64,000 nucleotides of DNA from assembly GCF_006345805.1 (NCBI RefSeq), contig NC_043003.1:80786001-80850000 (forward strand), given 5' to 3'. Below the pieces are notes generated by a model. That model was not told where the DNA came from. It saw only the letters and a program-made list of their open reading frames with translations, and ran no database searches. A program made the position numbers and the translations under genes. The DNA is from Octopus sinensis (Eukaryota). Shown here in pieces: positions 26,570-40,772 of this stretch; position 1 is the first letter of the stretch, and each line of letters starts with the position of its first letter.

Positions 26570-27170
26570 ATCATTCGAGCTCGTCACTCTCACCATTCTC
26601 ACCACCAACATATACACCATAGCTTCCCTTCATTTCTCTTCAATTGCTGTATAAAATGTTCATGATAGCTAGTGTATTGCCTACAGTCTCTGCTCTTATC
26701 CTTTTAATTGTATCCATGTACAGTTTCTTTTATCTTAGTTACCTAATTTCCCAAAGAAATTTTGTTGCTCGCCCATCACAATAGCCAGATCAGCAGCAGT
26801 TGTACAAATCACCAACGCGCATGGACTGAATCAGTTCGTAATAAACTCCTAGAATCTTAGCCGGAACACTGGTCGAATGACAGAAGCTGCTAGATTCACT
26901 TGTCTGCTATGCAAACATGTCTCTTAAATTTTCCAATCTCAGCAACAATGGCTCTAGCACCAAAATATACAGTGGAGAGAAGTAGTGTGGTGTTCTTGAA
27001 GGCAAAAGAATTACGAAAAGCGATCTTTTAAAATTTAAACACCGTAGAATCATGTGTATATTGTAGCAATCTAGCCTTGGTGAGCAAGATCTGAAACCAG
27101 CTGATCTTAGCCTGTTCAGTAGATAGCAACTACACCGGCTTCCTTTTATGGCATTCATTTTCCCTCTGTT
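26570..27170 (-). mobile_element. L1/Tx1-like LINE remnant (RT C-terminal part to 3' end, internally deleted)
   Basis: FSPLYILVLEPLLLRLE (ORF 26907-27158), same type as the 59.7-63.2 kb element. Confidence 0.65.
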
Positions 27171-28591
27171 GGTTAAGATGGCAAAAACAAGAGCTGGTGT
27201 TAATTCATGTTGTACAAAAGGGTTACAGTGACTAATAGCAAACTATCTCATGTGGATTATACAGCTTGTTAACAAATTTGTTTTTCATTGATTATTTTAT
27301 CATAACACTCTTCAATTGTGTGGGTTTTTTTTCGTGAAGCTGAAAATTAAGTACACAACAAAAACAATCACGTTTTCTATTGTGTGCCGAGAAGGCTGTG
27401 ATATTTTAACTCTGTTTTATATATTTCTTCACAACTTTGGTCTCTGTTGAAGTAAGGATGTATATTAAGCTATGAAAAATGTCATGCACACGTATTAAAT
27501 CTTATTTCTGTGAATAACATTTCTGTGGTCAGTTGGTATTTTATTCATGTATTTTACCGGTTAATTGTTGATGTACCTGCATACTTTTGAAATATGTAGT
27601 AAATTTCCTTTTAGAGCTAGAGGCATGTACGACATAAAATGTTATGACTCTGTCATAAATTGGAGACTCATCTAAATTACTAAAAGCCTGCATCTACATT
27701 TAGTGTCAACCCGCATTATGATATAAAGGAAAGTAAATGGATTTTTATAGGTTTGGCGATGGGCATTTATTTGTTTGGTTAACTAAATTCCATTCTCACT
27801 AAATTATGGTGTAAATAACAATTTTCAGTCTTCATATAACCTGATAAAATGTGTCAATAACCTGATAAAGTGTGTGACAAAGGTAGCATTTTATGGTACA
27901 AGTGTAGTCTGCCCAACTAGGTATTTCACAGTTCTAGATTACCTGGATACAGTTTCACTGCGAATGCATAAATTAGACCGAGTTAATGTTTAAGTTGGAT
28001 CGGTTTCACTGATAATGCATATATTGGACCGATTTAATGTTTAGAAGACATTTGCCTACGATTCCATGCAAAAGATCGATCTCAAGAACTCGTGAAAGCA
28101 ACGAGAACTTCTTAGCTATTTTGCGATGTCTGCAGATTTGTAACTGACACACCACACATTTGTATGTATGTATGTATGTATGTATGTATGTATGTATGTA
28201 TGTATGTATGTATGTATGTATGTATGTATGTGTGTATGTATGTATGTATTTATATATTCATGTATGTATATATGTATATATGTATGTATGCATGCATGCA
28301 TATATATGTATGTATGTGTGAGAGATAGAGTGAGTATGCATATATACTGTATAAAGAGAAGAAAAGACAGGCAGATAATAGACGTGTAGACAGTAAATAA
28401 TCACCGTAATATTTTATGACTTTCATACTTGTAGTTCTGAAAGAGAAATGCTAGGTATAACTGAAAAATTCCTTTTCATGGTGATATATCAGAAATACAT
28501 CCGTAAATGCATTAATAACAATAACAAAAGACCAAAGAGATGATATTCATGAAAAGTAAGCTTCTATACATGTGTATGATATTTTTCATAG

Positions 28592-28630
28592 CCCCAACAC
28601 ACGTCGCAGTTTCGAAAAAAGGCGATAGCG
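28592..28630 (+). CDS. Weak candidate 39 bp frame-preserving micro-exon
   Basis: Flanked by tatttttcatAG and GTGAGG; open as (A)PTHVAVSKKGDS(G) or PQHTSQFRKKAIA. Confidence 0.2.
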
Positions 28631-29799
28631 GTGAGGAAATATGTAAAAAAATAGTTATGTCACTGTCTTCTTTACTGTCACACTTCGCAACACGTGTCTA
28701 TCTTCTTTGCTGTACGCCAGATTTGTAGCTGCTCGTAAAAACTTAAATAAAACAGCGTTATCATAAAATAATCAATGAAAAACAAAATTGTTAACAGGTT
28801 CTACATTCCACAAGAGACTGTTTACTATCGGTTACTGTAATCCTTTTGTATAAATGAAGCAAAGCAACTCCACTTCTCACCTCTCCATCTTAACCTCTTG
28901 ATGAGAAGTGAGGGCCATAAAAGTAAGCACATTAACGCTACTATACAATTATCAGCTATACAGCAAATAACCTCTATTGTTGTTCATGTTAATTCTGTCA
29001 CTTGCACAATGGTAAAATGGATAAGGTATCAGAATTGCAGCTTATAAGTCAGTGGATGTCATTTAGTATTCGATTACAGCCGCAGTGCGTGGTTCTCTAA
29101 GTAAGAAGTAGTGATAAATAGAAAGTAGAAAGTTAGAAAATATCTAATTTCCAGATCTTATTAAACCATGGAAAACACAGTGGCATTTTTCAAATAATCT
29201 GTCAGGTAGCGATGGAATTAATATGAAACCGTGCGACTACTATAACTACAATTATACCGATTTCTTAAGCAGCAACATCTATGTTTAAGAAAATTGAAGT
29301 GAAATTTTGCTCAGAAAATTAAGTGTGGGCCAGGAGAAGCACTTCAAATTATTCACAAATATTACTATCAAACAAGGGAATTTCTATATGGTCAATCAAT
29401 TATCTAGAATCTCTTTCATATTGCGCTCTGTCGTTATCAGAAAACGGAAGGGATACATTAGATAGTGTTTTCAAGAATCCCTAAAGGACGTGATGGTATT
29501 TGCTGGGTTGGCTATTATCAAACATTCACTCGGTCAGGCTCAGCTGCACTTAAACAGTAATAAACAAACAATGCAAGCACTCACTAAAGAAACAAATCTC
29601 TAATGACTGTGTGAAGTTGTAGACTGGGTTCCTCTCTTGAAACGCAGCCGCAATTGCGACAACCAAAATAGGAAAAGCAACCTCTGAATTAAAATTGATT
29701 TACCACTGCTGGCTTACAGTCTCCTTTTGAGGAAACGCCTCGTTTGAAAGTACTCCATTAAAAAACCTGCGGTCAACTTAGTACTAGTTATCTTGCTTG

Positions 29800-32260
29800 T
29801 CACTGGACGTTACTATTTTGACCCAGAGAGTACCAAAATTGTTGTAGAAGCGTTTGTCACTGAAATCTAGTAAAGTACAGATGTGGCCGACCGGTTGGAA
29901 GCATACAGTTATAAATTTCATATAAGGTACTAGGTTTCTTATCTTAACACAACCAACATGTTTTCATGGACAAGATCTATTTTCGGTGTTTGTGGCTCTT
30001 TCTGGAACATAATGTTCAGATCATCTTGTCGAAAAAACAGCAGGTTTCATACTATACTGGATTGGGAAGTCAAAGGGAGAAAAGAAAAGGCAAAGTGGTG
30101 TTGGGTTTGCAGCCAGAAGTGATTTGCTAAAGGACCTAGAACAACAACAAAATACAAGCATATGCATAATAAAACTTCGGATCTCTCTTATCTGTGGACT
30201 TTTTGTAAGTTTTTTTCTCTATCTATGCTCGTAGACTTTCAGCTAGGAAAGAAAATATCCATGTATTTTATGAGAAGCTTAAAAGAAGTATCTGTCAGTC
30301 GCTTTGTATGAGAGGTTGGTGGAGTTTGGTGACTTTAATGCACGTTTTAGTAATGACTATGGTCTTTGGAATGTTCTCAGCTGTTACAGAATAAGAAAGG
30401 TGAAAATCAATGGGTTGCATCAGCTACAAATGTGCTCTGAGCTAGGGCTGGTTGCTAGGAATAATTGCTTTCATCATATGTTGAAATATAAATTTACCTT
30501 GATTCATCCAAGATCAAAGCAAGGTCACATAACTGAAATTGTATCTACTCGGAAAGCTGATTTACAAGACTTGTGCAGTCTTTGGAAATTGCGAACTGCT
30601 GACTATCATACTGATCATAAAATAGTTAGGGCTAAGTTCATGTTCCGCGTACCCAAGTATATTCGTAGTGCAGGTGTAAGATTTCCAAAGAGGACTGATG
30701 TAGAGCAGTTACAGCAATCACAACTTTTGCAGTTATTTCAGGAGAGATACAGCAATTTTCATTTTGACGGTTCTTGAGAATATTTTCAAGATGGAATATA
30801 TAAGGTAGGATTGAGGTGTTAGGTTTCAAGCGGAAACAACACCGATACTGGTTTGATTGCAATGATATGGTGTTAAATGAGCTTTCAGCAGCAAAGAGAG
30901 CCACTCATGAAAAGCTACTTGACCCAAAGGTAAAGAACAATGTGCAGCAAGAAAAGTTGTACAAGGCCCAGAAAGCAAACTTTTAAAAAGAACTCAGGAA
31001 GCTTAAAGACAATTGATGGAGAAATTTGTCGGAAGAGGTGCAGGTAGCCTATGACACTAAAAGACATTAAAAGTTTTTATAGCTTATTGCTGCAAGCCTT
31101 TGAACCCCAATTATCTTCATATGTTCTCTTGAGCTCAAAAGTTGGAAATGAAGTTATTGAAGATCCTCCTGGAATAATGAATAGATGGAAAGAACACTTT
31201 ACGGATATTTTCCGCAATCCTTCTTCTGTAAACATGGATATCATAAATAACACTCTGTAGTCCAAAACATGAACGGCACACCTTCCATTGTATAACTAAA
31301 TGTGGTATTACATAAACTGAGATCAGCTAAAGTTCCTAGAATGGACGGTGGTCCTTTTGAAATTCTGGAAGCAGGTGGGGATGATATTTCACCTGAAATT
31401 AATAGCCTCATAACTTTTGTGATAATCTTCTATTCCACAGGAATGGGTAACTGGCATTCTAATATCTATATAAAAGTGTAAGGGTCCAAAATCAGTCTGT
31501 GGTGATTCTAGAGCGACAATTCTTCTGGCACATACTAGGAAGATACTTTCAAGGTTCATGTTAGATCGTCTCGTTGAAAACATGTGTTAACATTTGATTT
31601 CCGAGGAACAGTGTGGTTTCAAACTGGAGAGATTTCACCCAAAGTGCCTCAGACGTATCTTGTGAGTCAAGTGGGAATGTTTCGTACCAGATAAAGAAGT
31701 TTTGCATATGGCACGTTGTAATTCAATTGAACAACATATTATGGACATTATATTTTCTTCGAGACAGGTTCAGGAGGAATGCTTAGAGAAACAAATGCCA
31801 CTATACCAGGTCTTCGTAGATTTACTTAAGGTAAACAGGGATTCACTGTGGAACGCTTTGTGTATACTTGGATGCTCGACACATTTTGGAACTACTTAGA
31901 AATATGCGTCATATGAAAACGCTTTAAGGAACGACTTAGAAATATGCATCATATGAAAATGCTGGAGAGATTTCACCAAAACTGATTCAGATGTATCTTG
32001 TGAGTCAACTGGGAATGTTTCGTACCAGATATAGTAGTTTTGCGTATGGCACGGTGTAATTCAATTGAGCAACATGTTATCTTACCGCAAATGAAATGAG
32101 CAGGACATGTCATTAAAATGGAAGATAAGCGATTGCAAAAGTTGTACATGGGAATACTATGAGACTCCAGGAGCGTCAACATGTAAATTGTTTGGACAAA
32201 AACAATGCAATATTGGCACAGGTTCCGTATTATATCGCAACATTTGAGGTATAAAGTGAA
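29800..32260 (+). mobile_element. Degraded RTE-clade LINE (APE plus RT)
   Basis: YWIGKSKG...SGVGFA, GDFNAR, HPRSK...TDHKIV (APE); NRWKEHF, EEQCGF, DIIFSSRQVQEECLEKQMPLYQVFVDL (RT); AGHVIKMED (C-terminus). Confidence 0.85.
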
Positions 32261-32342
32261 ACCTTCGATGGAATAACAATTATATACAGTTACACTTTTA
32301 TACTGTTTCACTATGTATATATATGTATATATATTATATATA

Positions 32343-32399
<57 letters not shown>

Positions 32400-32739
32400 C
32401 ACACACATATATATGTATATATACATATACATATATATATAAGTATATATAATATATATATTTGTATATATGCATATTTTTGTATATATGTATATGTATA
32501 TGCACGTATGTATGTGTTTATATATATGTGTGTGTGTATATATGCATTCATGTGAATATATATTTATATATATGTATATATATGTGTATGTATATATATA
32601 CATGTGTATATATGTTTATATATGTATATACATATATCTATCTACCTATCTATCTCTCTATCTCTCCCCTCTCCCCCTCTCTCCCTCTCTCTCTCTCTAT
32701 ATATATATATACAGAGAGAGAGGGAGACAGAGAGAGGGG

Positions 32740-32995
32740 AATTTGGCCGAGCTCCTTCCGAGTGTTAGGCCTCAGAGAGGCAATGACCAAGACCTATTCC
32801 ATTATGTCGTGGTTGTGCAGATGACCCATCTAGTCGAGCAAAAGCACAGTCGTGGCACATACCGCTTTCACTCAAATGGCACCCGTGTCGGTTGTATGTA
32901 ATGGTACATTCCTTTCCAGCGTGCCATTCCAGTGAAAGCGTCGAACCCATACCAGCATGAACAACAGACGTTAAATAATTATGATAATGATGATG
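32740..32995 (+). mobile_element. SINE/LINE-tail fragment ending ...cagcatgaacaacagacgttaaa(t)gatgat
   Basis: GC-elevated island with a retroposon-type 3' end and (GAT)n tail. Family recognised only loosely. Confidence 0.45.
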
Positions 32996-33006
32996 ATATA
33001 TGCATA

Positions 33007-33124
<118 letters not shown>

Positions 33125-33320
33125 AATGTATAAAAAGTAGCTTCACGACATTGCGAAATATATTTGCCACCTACATGTGGTTAACCCCTACGGGTTGATG
33201 CTACTGTAACTTGTAGCCCCAGGAAGACATTTCCTCCAGCAGGCTATTGACACACTTTATGTGACCTATCAGTATTTGCAAAGGGAAATCATCCTTGCCA
33301 TCTCCAGTCTGACGTGATAC

Positions 33321-33363
33321 ACACGGACCCGAGTTTCTGCGTATTGACCCGTCATCAGCGTGT
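33321..33363 (-). ncRNA. Type I hammerhead ribozyme motif (left arm)
   Basis: acacg-CTGATGA-cgggtcaatacgca-GAAA-ctcgg-GTC-cgtgt: intact core, perfect 5 bp stem I, weakened stem II. Confidence 0.6.
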
Positions 33364-33672
33364 AACAAACACCGGCTGGCAATGTGAAGTGGTTCCCAAT
33401 GTAAATATATATATATACTTTTTCCTGTGACGAAAAGTTACTGATCTCGAAAAAGTGGAAAACAATCAATAATAAATCTCTGACCGAGGTATAAATAGTA
33501 GTTGCATGACATCGTGAAATATATTTGCAGCTTCTGTTTATAGCTCACTCAGAGATTTATCATTGTTTGCTTCCACCTTTTCGAGCTCAGCGACTTTTCG
33601 TCACTAGAATAAAGTATATATATATTTATATTTTCATTGGGAAGCACATCACATGGCCAGCCGGTGTTTATT

Positions 33673-33714
33673 ACTCGCTGATGACGGTCAATATCCAGAA
33701 ACTCGGGTCCGTGT
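33673..33714 (+). ncRNA. Type I hammerhead ribozyme motif (right arm)
   Basis: CTGATGA at 33678-33684, GAAA at 33698-33701, GTC at 33707-33709; stem I actcg/cgtgt has one mismatch. Confidence 0.55.
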
Positions 33715-33906
33715 GTTTCACGTCAGACTGGAGTTGGGAGGGATGAGTTCCCTTTGCAAATACTGATAGGGTACAGAAAGTGTGTCAATAGCCAGCTGGA
33801 GATGTAGACGTCTTCATAGGGTTACAAGCTACAGTAGTATCAACCCTTAAGGGTTAGCCACATTTAGGTGGCAAATTTATTTCACGGTGTATATATGTAT
33901 ATATGA

Positions 33907-33984
<78 letters not shown>

Positions 33985-34068
33985 GTGCGTGTGTGTGTGT
34001 GTATGTATATGTATACATGTAAATATAAATAGATAGATATAGTACGTGTGTGTGTGTGTACATATATA

Positions 34069-34105
<37 letters not shown>

Positions 34106-34479
34106 CGTGTGTGTGTATTTATGCATATATACATATCTGCCCTTTCGCCAAAACTTCTTTAGTTTTGGCTGCACGGCTTTCTGTGCTAGCGTGCTAAAAT
34201 ATGGTACTCTTGTGTTTAAGAAATCGAGATTTGACCTTGTACGCTCCAATTTTCTTTCTTGCATTACATATTACATATAGTCGCTCCACCTGATGTGTGC
34301 ACAAAGGAAGAAAAGATTTCTCTCTATTCAGGCTTTCGGTACATTGCTGGTACTATATAGAGAGCATAGCCACAGCTGACGAGACATTGCCCCCTCACTT
34401 TGAATCAGAATTCAAATGGCTGAGTATTTAAGTGAAACACCCGCAATCGCCGGCGACACAAACAATTCAATGACTAAAC

Positions 34480-34960
34480 TTTAAGCGGAAAATATAGTAC
34501 TAACCGTGCTTTTAGGGCGCACAATTTCCTATCCTGGATGAGAAGTTACCTGAAAAAAATTCTGCGTTCACTAGTGAAGTTATAGTGAAATGCTGGCTAA
34601 CAAGCTGAAACCAACCGAGGTCTTTTGTCAGAGCAAGTCTTATTCTTGCACTACAATACATGTCTAGATATGACCACCCACACTGTTGAATCCATTGAAA
34701 AAATAGATTTGGATTTGTTGGAGCAACCTGCATAGAGTCTAGATTTCCATTCTTCCGACTACCACCAATTTGGACAGCTCAGACAGTCTTTACAAGGTGG
34801 TCAATTTACTACGAGCAAAGATGCATAGGGAGCGGTATATAAATGGGTGCGCGACCAGCCGAAAAACTACTTTTCCTATGAAATAAGCGATCCTTTGAAC
34901 CGCTGGAAGGAGTGCAATGAAAGGCAAAATGACAATGCCGAAAAATGCTGTAATTGCAAA
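34480..34960 (+). mobile_element. Mariner transposase remnant
   Basis: LHYNTCLDMTT...LLEQPA*SLDFHSSDYHQFGQLRQSLQGGQF corresponds to mariner HDNARPH...HPPYSPDLAPSDYHLF. Confidence 0.7.
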
Positions 34961-35720
34961 ATGGTTGGTCTTTCCTATATACTGGCGGGTCCCATGGATA
35001 TTTCACGGAATTAATAGTAAACTTATTGGGCTATTTCTGAAAACGTTTTTCAAAAGACCTGAAAGCGTAGCCTGTGTTGTGGCTGCATCAAAAGCTAGTT
35101 GCTCATCTACTAATCGTTGAAATGTGTAAGAAACTGGACTACGATCATAACTTAATGCGTTTCATATATACAATTTATATACTTTATGCACAATTTTATA
35201 AACTTAATACACAACACTTACCCTATTTCTCTCTCACTCTCCATGCTGCTCTCTTTTTCTCCACTCCTTTTATTTTGCTCTTCGCCTTCCCTTTAACTAA
35301 TTACGTGAAAGCATTACAGAGGGGCTAAGTAACGTAGGAAAAAGACAGTGAAAAGAAAAATTGACACATTTCACTTACCACCACTTGCTCATAATCTTTT
35401 AACTCCCCATCGTCCCCTCCTCTCCTCCACCCTTCCAATTCCCTCCCTCCTTTCCCTTCAACTAATCACGTAGACGCGTTACAGACGGGCTAAGTAAAAG
35501 AGTGACAAGAAAAATTATAAGATTACAGAAAGAGGAATGCGTATCATTTTGGACTTATAATCAGTTATCTGTCTATGTATCAATCTATCTGTCTATTTAT
35601 TTGTCCCTGTCTGTCTGTATCTCTCCTCTCCCCCTCTCTCTCTATATATATATATTTATATCTATATATATGTGACTGTGTTTTCGCATCTTTCACTCTT
35701 TCTTTCTCTCTATATATATA

Positions 35721-35761
<41 letters not shown>

Positions 35762-38700
35762 CATAGATAGATAGTTAGATATGTAGATACATGAATAGAT
35801 TGATACATGCTTATATGTAAGTATATTTGTTAGCATGCATGTATGTGTATTTATATCATCATGGATTAAGCAAAGCCTCGTGCGTTTGGACAGAAATACT
35901 CCGTTGCTTATGTGACCGATCGTCTATGCTCTTAAGCTCCTTTTATGCCAACATCAACTTCGCATTTCCTATCTTTGAAATCGATAAAAATAGCTATCAG
36001 TAGAGGTACTGCGGTCGATACAGTCGACGAAAACACTTGGTGTTGGTGCCCCAACTTGGCCACCTAACAATAATTGAAACTTATAAGCGAATAAAAACAA
36101 AAAGAAATAATCTTTATCAATTTCTGGCGTACGAATTTGGATCTGTGACCTCTACGAAATTCGTTTTCAAACCAATAAACCTTAATTTTGCATATTTATA
36201 CGTTATGGCAACGGTAAAATGTTTTCTAGAAATATTTTGTTTTCAGTCATCATTTTTTCGTATTGTAATTTGATGCTGTTTCGATTTAGAATTTGTTTTA
36301 TCTTGAGGGAATTGTAATGAAAAAGAAGCAAGAATATAGAATTTTGACAGTGAAAATGTGTGTTTTCAGGCAATAATTTAATAATGCACTGTTTGAATAT
36401 AATGACATGGAAATACTTTTGAATCAAGCTTGAATGATTCAAATATTTTTGATAATAGAACGACTTTATAAACTCATTTTGCAGAAAAATATATAGTTTT
36501 AGACCTTCTATTTCAACGATATAAAAAAGGAAATAACTAAATTTTTAGAAATTATAATATCGAAAATAAATTACATTGTGTAAGAAGAGAAATATTACTG
36601 GAAAATAATGATATTTTAAACACAATGGACATTCTATGAATTCCTCAATATCCTAACCAGCTTTGGGTCATGCGCCAATAAGGAGCCTCTTCGACAAGGA
36701 GCTTATAATGGAAGCCTTTTTGTGTTCAGGGAGAATGACACTGTCAATGTTTCAGTTTGGACTGCGAGAAGTTACAGTGAAATTTCGTTCAGATCACACT
36801 TACTCTACTGTCTTACTAACGGAATAATCATTCCATCTATGCAGTCTTAACTAATTCAATTTTGCACAACCGTAAAGAAATGAGAAAGGCACGGTTGGAA
36901 TGTCATTGATCATTCATGAATAGACTTAATCTTTGTTGACCTAGAACTAACCAACAACAAAAATTAAACAAATTAGAAATACAATGGTTTAGATTAAAGA
37001 TGAATGGACACGCTGAAAACGAAAGACATAATATATAGTGAAATGATGCAGAAGTGTAGAAAATATTGAAAGCATTTCTCATGCACACAATTTCGTAATC
37101 AAAATTACAAATCAGCCATTGATTCCCACGGCTAGGTGAAAGTTTTCACCTTATCTCTCTTTAACTTTCGACCTTGAGTGTTCAATTTCCAGCTTACGTA
37201 ATATCTATCGTATTTATAACTTCCATGCTCTCGGTTAAAATTCTCTCTTCCTTTCACGATATCTCAGGATTCATTTTATCAACATTTCCGTCTACATAAT
37301 GTCACTGTTCTTTCTGACATGTCCAACATCACTCAATTTTAATGACATAATGAACATGGCGATGTCATCTACTATCGTTTGGGAATCAGTTTTAGTCTTT
37401 TCTGGTCTTTCGTACATTTCGTGTATAAATGCATTTGTAAACAAGATCATTTAGGGCTTCTGCCTAAAAATAAATTTATCTGTGCATTTCTGAAATGATA
37501 CATTATATGCAAATCAGCATTTTAAAGATTAAGGATATTTTATATTTAAAAATGGAAATTGTCTTTTCTAGTGTTTATCAATAATATATAGGAATAGTTT
37601 TTTTTTTGTTTCTATTGTTACAAACGGGAGTATATTTGTAAATTTGTTTACTATCTGAAGAGGTGTTTCTTCAACTTTGATACAGGTATCCAACTAGTTC
37701 ATAGAATATTATTTTGTTTCATTTTTTCAGAACCATTCTAAGACCTACAACCTTCTTTTCGGTGTTCAGTTAGAATGTAGTTTCAAATTAGTTCGGATAA
37801 ACTTATGCGAAAATTACCTTGTTACTAATCGATGTAGTGAAAGTAATACGCATTTTATTCCCATTTAGCCTTCTTAACGTGAATTTTTCGAAATATTTTG
37901 TCGAAGCAGATTTTGGATTAAGAAAATCAAATATACTCGTCTCATATCCAATTTGAGTGGGATTTTGTTTTGAAAATTTGTGTAGTAATATGGAAGAAAT
38001 AACATACTGTTAGAAATGTTAGCAAAACTTCATGCATGATTCCAATTGCTTGTCATTTTTGGTGGCATTTCTATAATAAAACGATTTAGACAATTTCTAC
38101 AATAGAATGCTTTGGATAATTCGTAAAGGCTGTACTGGTGCGGTGGTTGTATTCAGTCAATTTTTGAATTGATTGGTTCATGGTAAGTAAGTGATCGATG
38201 CTGGCAAACTCATTTCGGAATCCCATTTTTTCTTGTGGCAGATTTACGTCTTACTGATTACTAATTCTCTTCTTCGTGATATTTGATGATGACTTGTATA
38301 TGGTGATACGAAAGGCTCAAAAATCGATAAATGGTTGTGTGCTTTCTGTTTCCAGTTTTTGCTTTAAACTGTAAACTTTAATTAGTATTAGAGAAACATG
38401 GTAAATATTCATGGACTCGAAAGACTCATAAAAGGGGCATGAATGATATAATTGCTTCATGAAGATAATGGACTACTAAAATTTATTCAGCAGCTTCAAA
38501 TATCCGGAAGTTGCATTCTGGTATCTTTATGGTGAACCTCACTGAGTCATTGAATCATTTACAGAAGCATAGATTAGCTGAGCACCCAGCATCAGGACGG
38601 AAGGAAGTATTTAACAATATAGAATTCTGAAATCAAAAGACTTGCCTCACTTCATTAATAACAATACATATATACACCCAGTATATATATATATATATTA

Positions 38701-39464
38701 TATCACAACATATGTACGTGTATGTGTATATGTGTATACGTGTGTGTGCGTCACTTGTGCATAAGGCCTTGCATGTATGTATACCATACTTTCTGGCGCC
38801 ACTTTAAAATGAAGCAGTGTGAACATTGATCAGCGAGCGGCAAACATAGACGAAGGTAATGCAATTTATGCCTAATACACTGGCTCCTAGAAATTTCTAC
38901 AAATAAGAACCATAGTTATAGAGATGAAAATTCCTGATACAATTGAATGAAAAATTAGTATTCGGTAGAAAAATTATTAGTTATAGATAAACATGAAATA
39001 GTTGAAAGGATTAGAGAAGGGTAATTCATGTCTATATGAATCAGGGAAAAAAATGATAGATTTCCAGATCGCTGACATTTAAATAGAAATTATGTAATCA
39101 GCAGCGTATGCATAATTAAACAAGATAACGGAAAAAAAACTATATATATTATCATCAGCTTAATATAGTAAATTGTTCCTTCATAGTGTGTCAATTTAGG
39201 TGGCAACAGCTCAAGCAGAAAATACAATAGGCTTATCAAATTCAGTGGGACTACTAACAAAACTCTGATTAACTACTATTGTTGCAAAGCTCAGACGTAC
39301 AAACGCCAACAAAGAAGCAAAATTAAATAACTAAGAATGCAGCTGTTTAAACATCGATCATCTGGGAGGAACTTAATATGAAAAGGCAAGAACGTTGCTA
39401 ACCGCGTAGGTGTGCATTCAAACATATATGTACACGTATATACGAATTCAAACAAAAACATATA

Positions 39465-39515
<51 letters not shown>

Positions 39516-39661
39516 ATATATATACATATACATACATACATATACATAAAGACACACGCACACAGACACAATATAGCTACATATTTCAAGATACATACAA
39601 ACACACATGCATTATGTGTGTGTATGTTTGTGAATGTATTATATGTGTTTGTGTATGTATG

Positions 39662-39719
<58 letters not shown>

Positions 39720-40338
39720 ATATATACATATACACACACAGGCACACACACACATACGCACACACACGCGTATATATTCAAAATATATTCGGGACTCTGT
39801 ATTGACAATTATATCTACATATACGAACATCCGCCATCTTGAGTTACGATTAGAATTGTCAGCAAAACAGCAGCATTGCAGATTTTCATAATCTTTATAG
39901 CTGGTATTTGGTTCGTATTCTTGTTTTAAAAACCAGTCGCAAAGCCTCCAGATATCAAAAGTTGCTAAATATATGTATTAATAAGTGATTATGTGTAAAT
40001 TTCTAAATATAAATGTTTCCACATTCCTTTATTATAGTCTAAAATGTCAAACAGAACGTAAAAGATACAGAAATATATTCATATTATATGTTGTTGATTA
40101 ATCCCTATTCAGCCTTAAACTAATAATGATTGAAATTCGTAATCACTCTGTCATCCTGCAATGATTGTGCGTCCAGTATAACTGAATAAATTAACCGATG
40201 TGCCTTCCATTTCATAACAGTGAAAGTTGTGTTTTTTGAGATATTTTGACTGCTGTTTCTTTCATCCCAAAAGAATGCGTAAGAGCGCACAGATTCGGCA
40301 ATCTATCAGTATATGTATCTGTGTGTGTGTGTGTGTGC

Positions 40339-40376
<38 letters not shown>

Positions 40377-40380
<4 letters not shown>

Positions 40381-40772
40381 TGGATGGAAACACTCCGTCG
40401 GTTACGACGATGAGGGTTCCTGTTGATCCGAATCAACGGAACAGCCTGCTCGTGAAATTAACGTGTAAGTGGCTGAGCACTCCACAGACACGTGCACCCT
40501 TAACGTAGTTCTCAGGGATATTCAGCGTGACGCAGAGGGTGACAAGGCTGGCCCCTTGAAATACAGGTACAACAGAAACAGGAAGTAAGAGTGGAGTGAG
40601 AGAAAGTTGAGGCGAAAGTGTACAACAGGGGTCGCTACCACCCCCTGCCGGAGCCTCGTGGAGCTTTAGGTGTTTTCGCTCAATAAACACACACAACGCC
40701 CGGTCTGGGAATCGAAACCGCGATCCTCCGACCGCGAGTCCGCTGCCCTAACCACTGAGCCATTGCGCCTCC
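40377..40772 (-). mobile_element. SINE S2 head and body with an alternative 3' half
   Basis: Same tRNA-like head as 48425, different 3' ~200 bp; lies between (AT)n runs. Confidence 0.9.

Larger units (their letters stand above)
33127..33890. mobile_element. Foldback element: two inverted ~340 bp arms, each with a hammerhead core (Penelope-like pLTR pair inferred)
   Basis: For example atttgccacctacatgtggttaaccc (33160s) versus gggttagccacatttaggtggcaaat (33850s). Pairing continues inward to ~33487/33550. Confidence 0.8.

Noticed and set aside
27950-28045. ~57 bp diverged tandem duplication (similar ~70 bp pair at 35288-35517)
   Set aside because: Ordinary local duplications with stops in the frames read; no further structure.
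31973-32901. YI/CV/HT-repeat ORFs (also at 9.5, 34.0, 39.4, 46.0, 47.3, 50.0 kb)
   Set aside because: Translations of (AT)n, (AC)n and (ATAC)n microsatellites.
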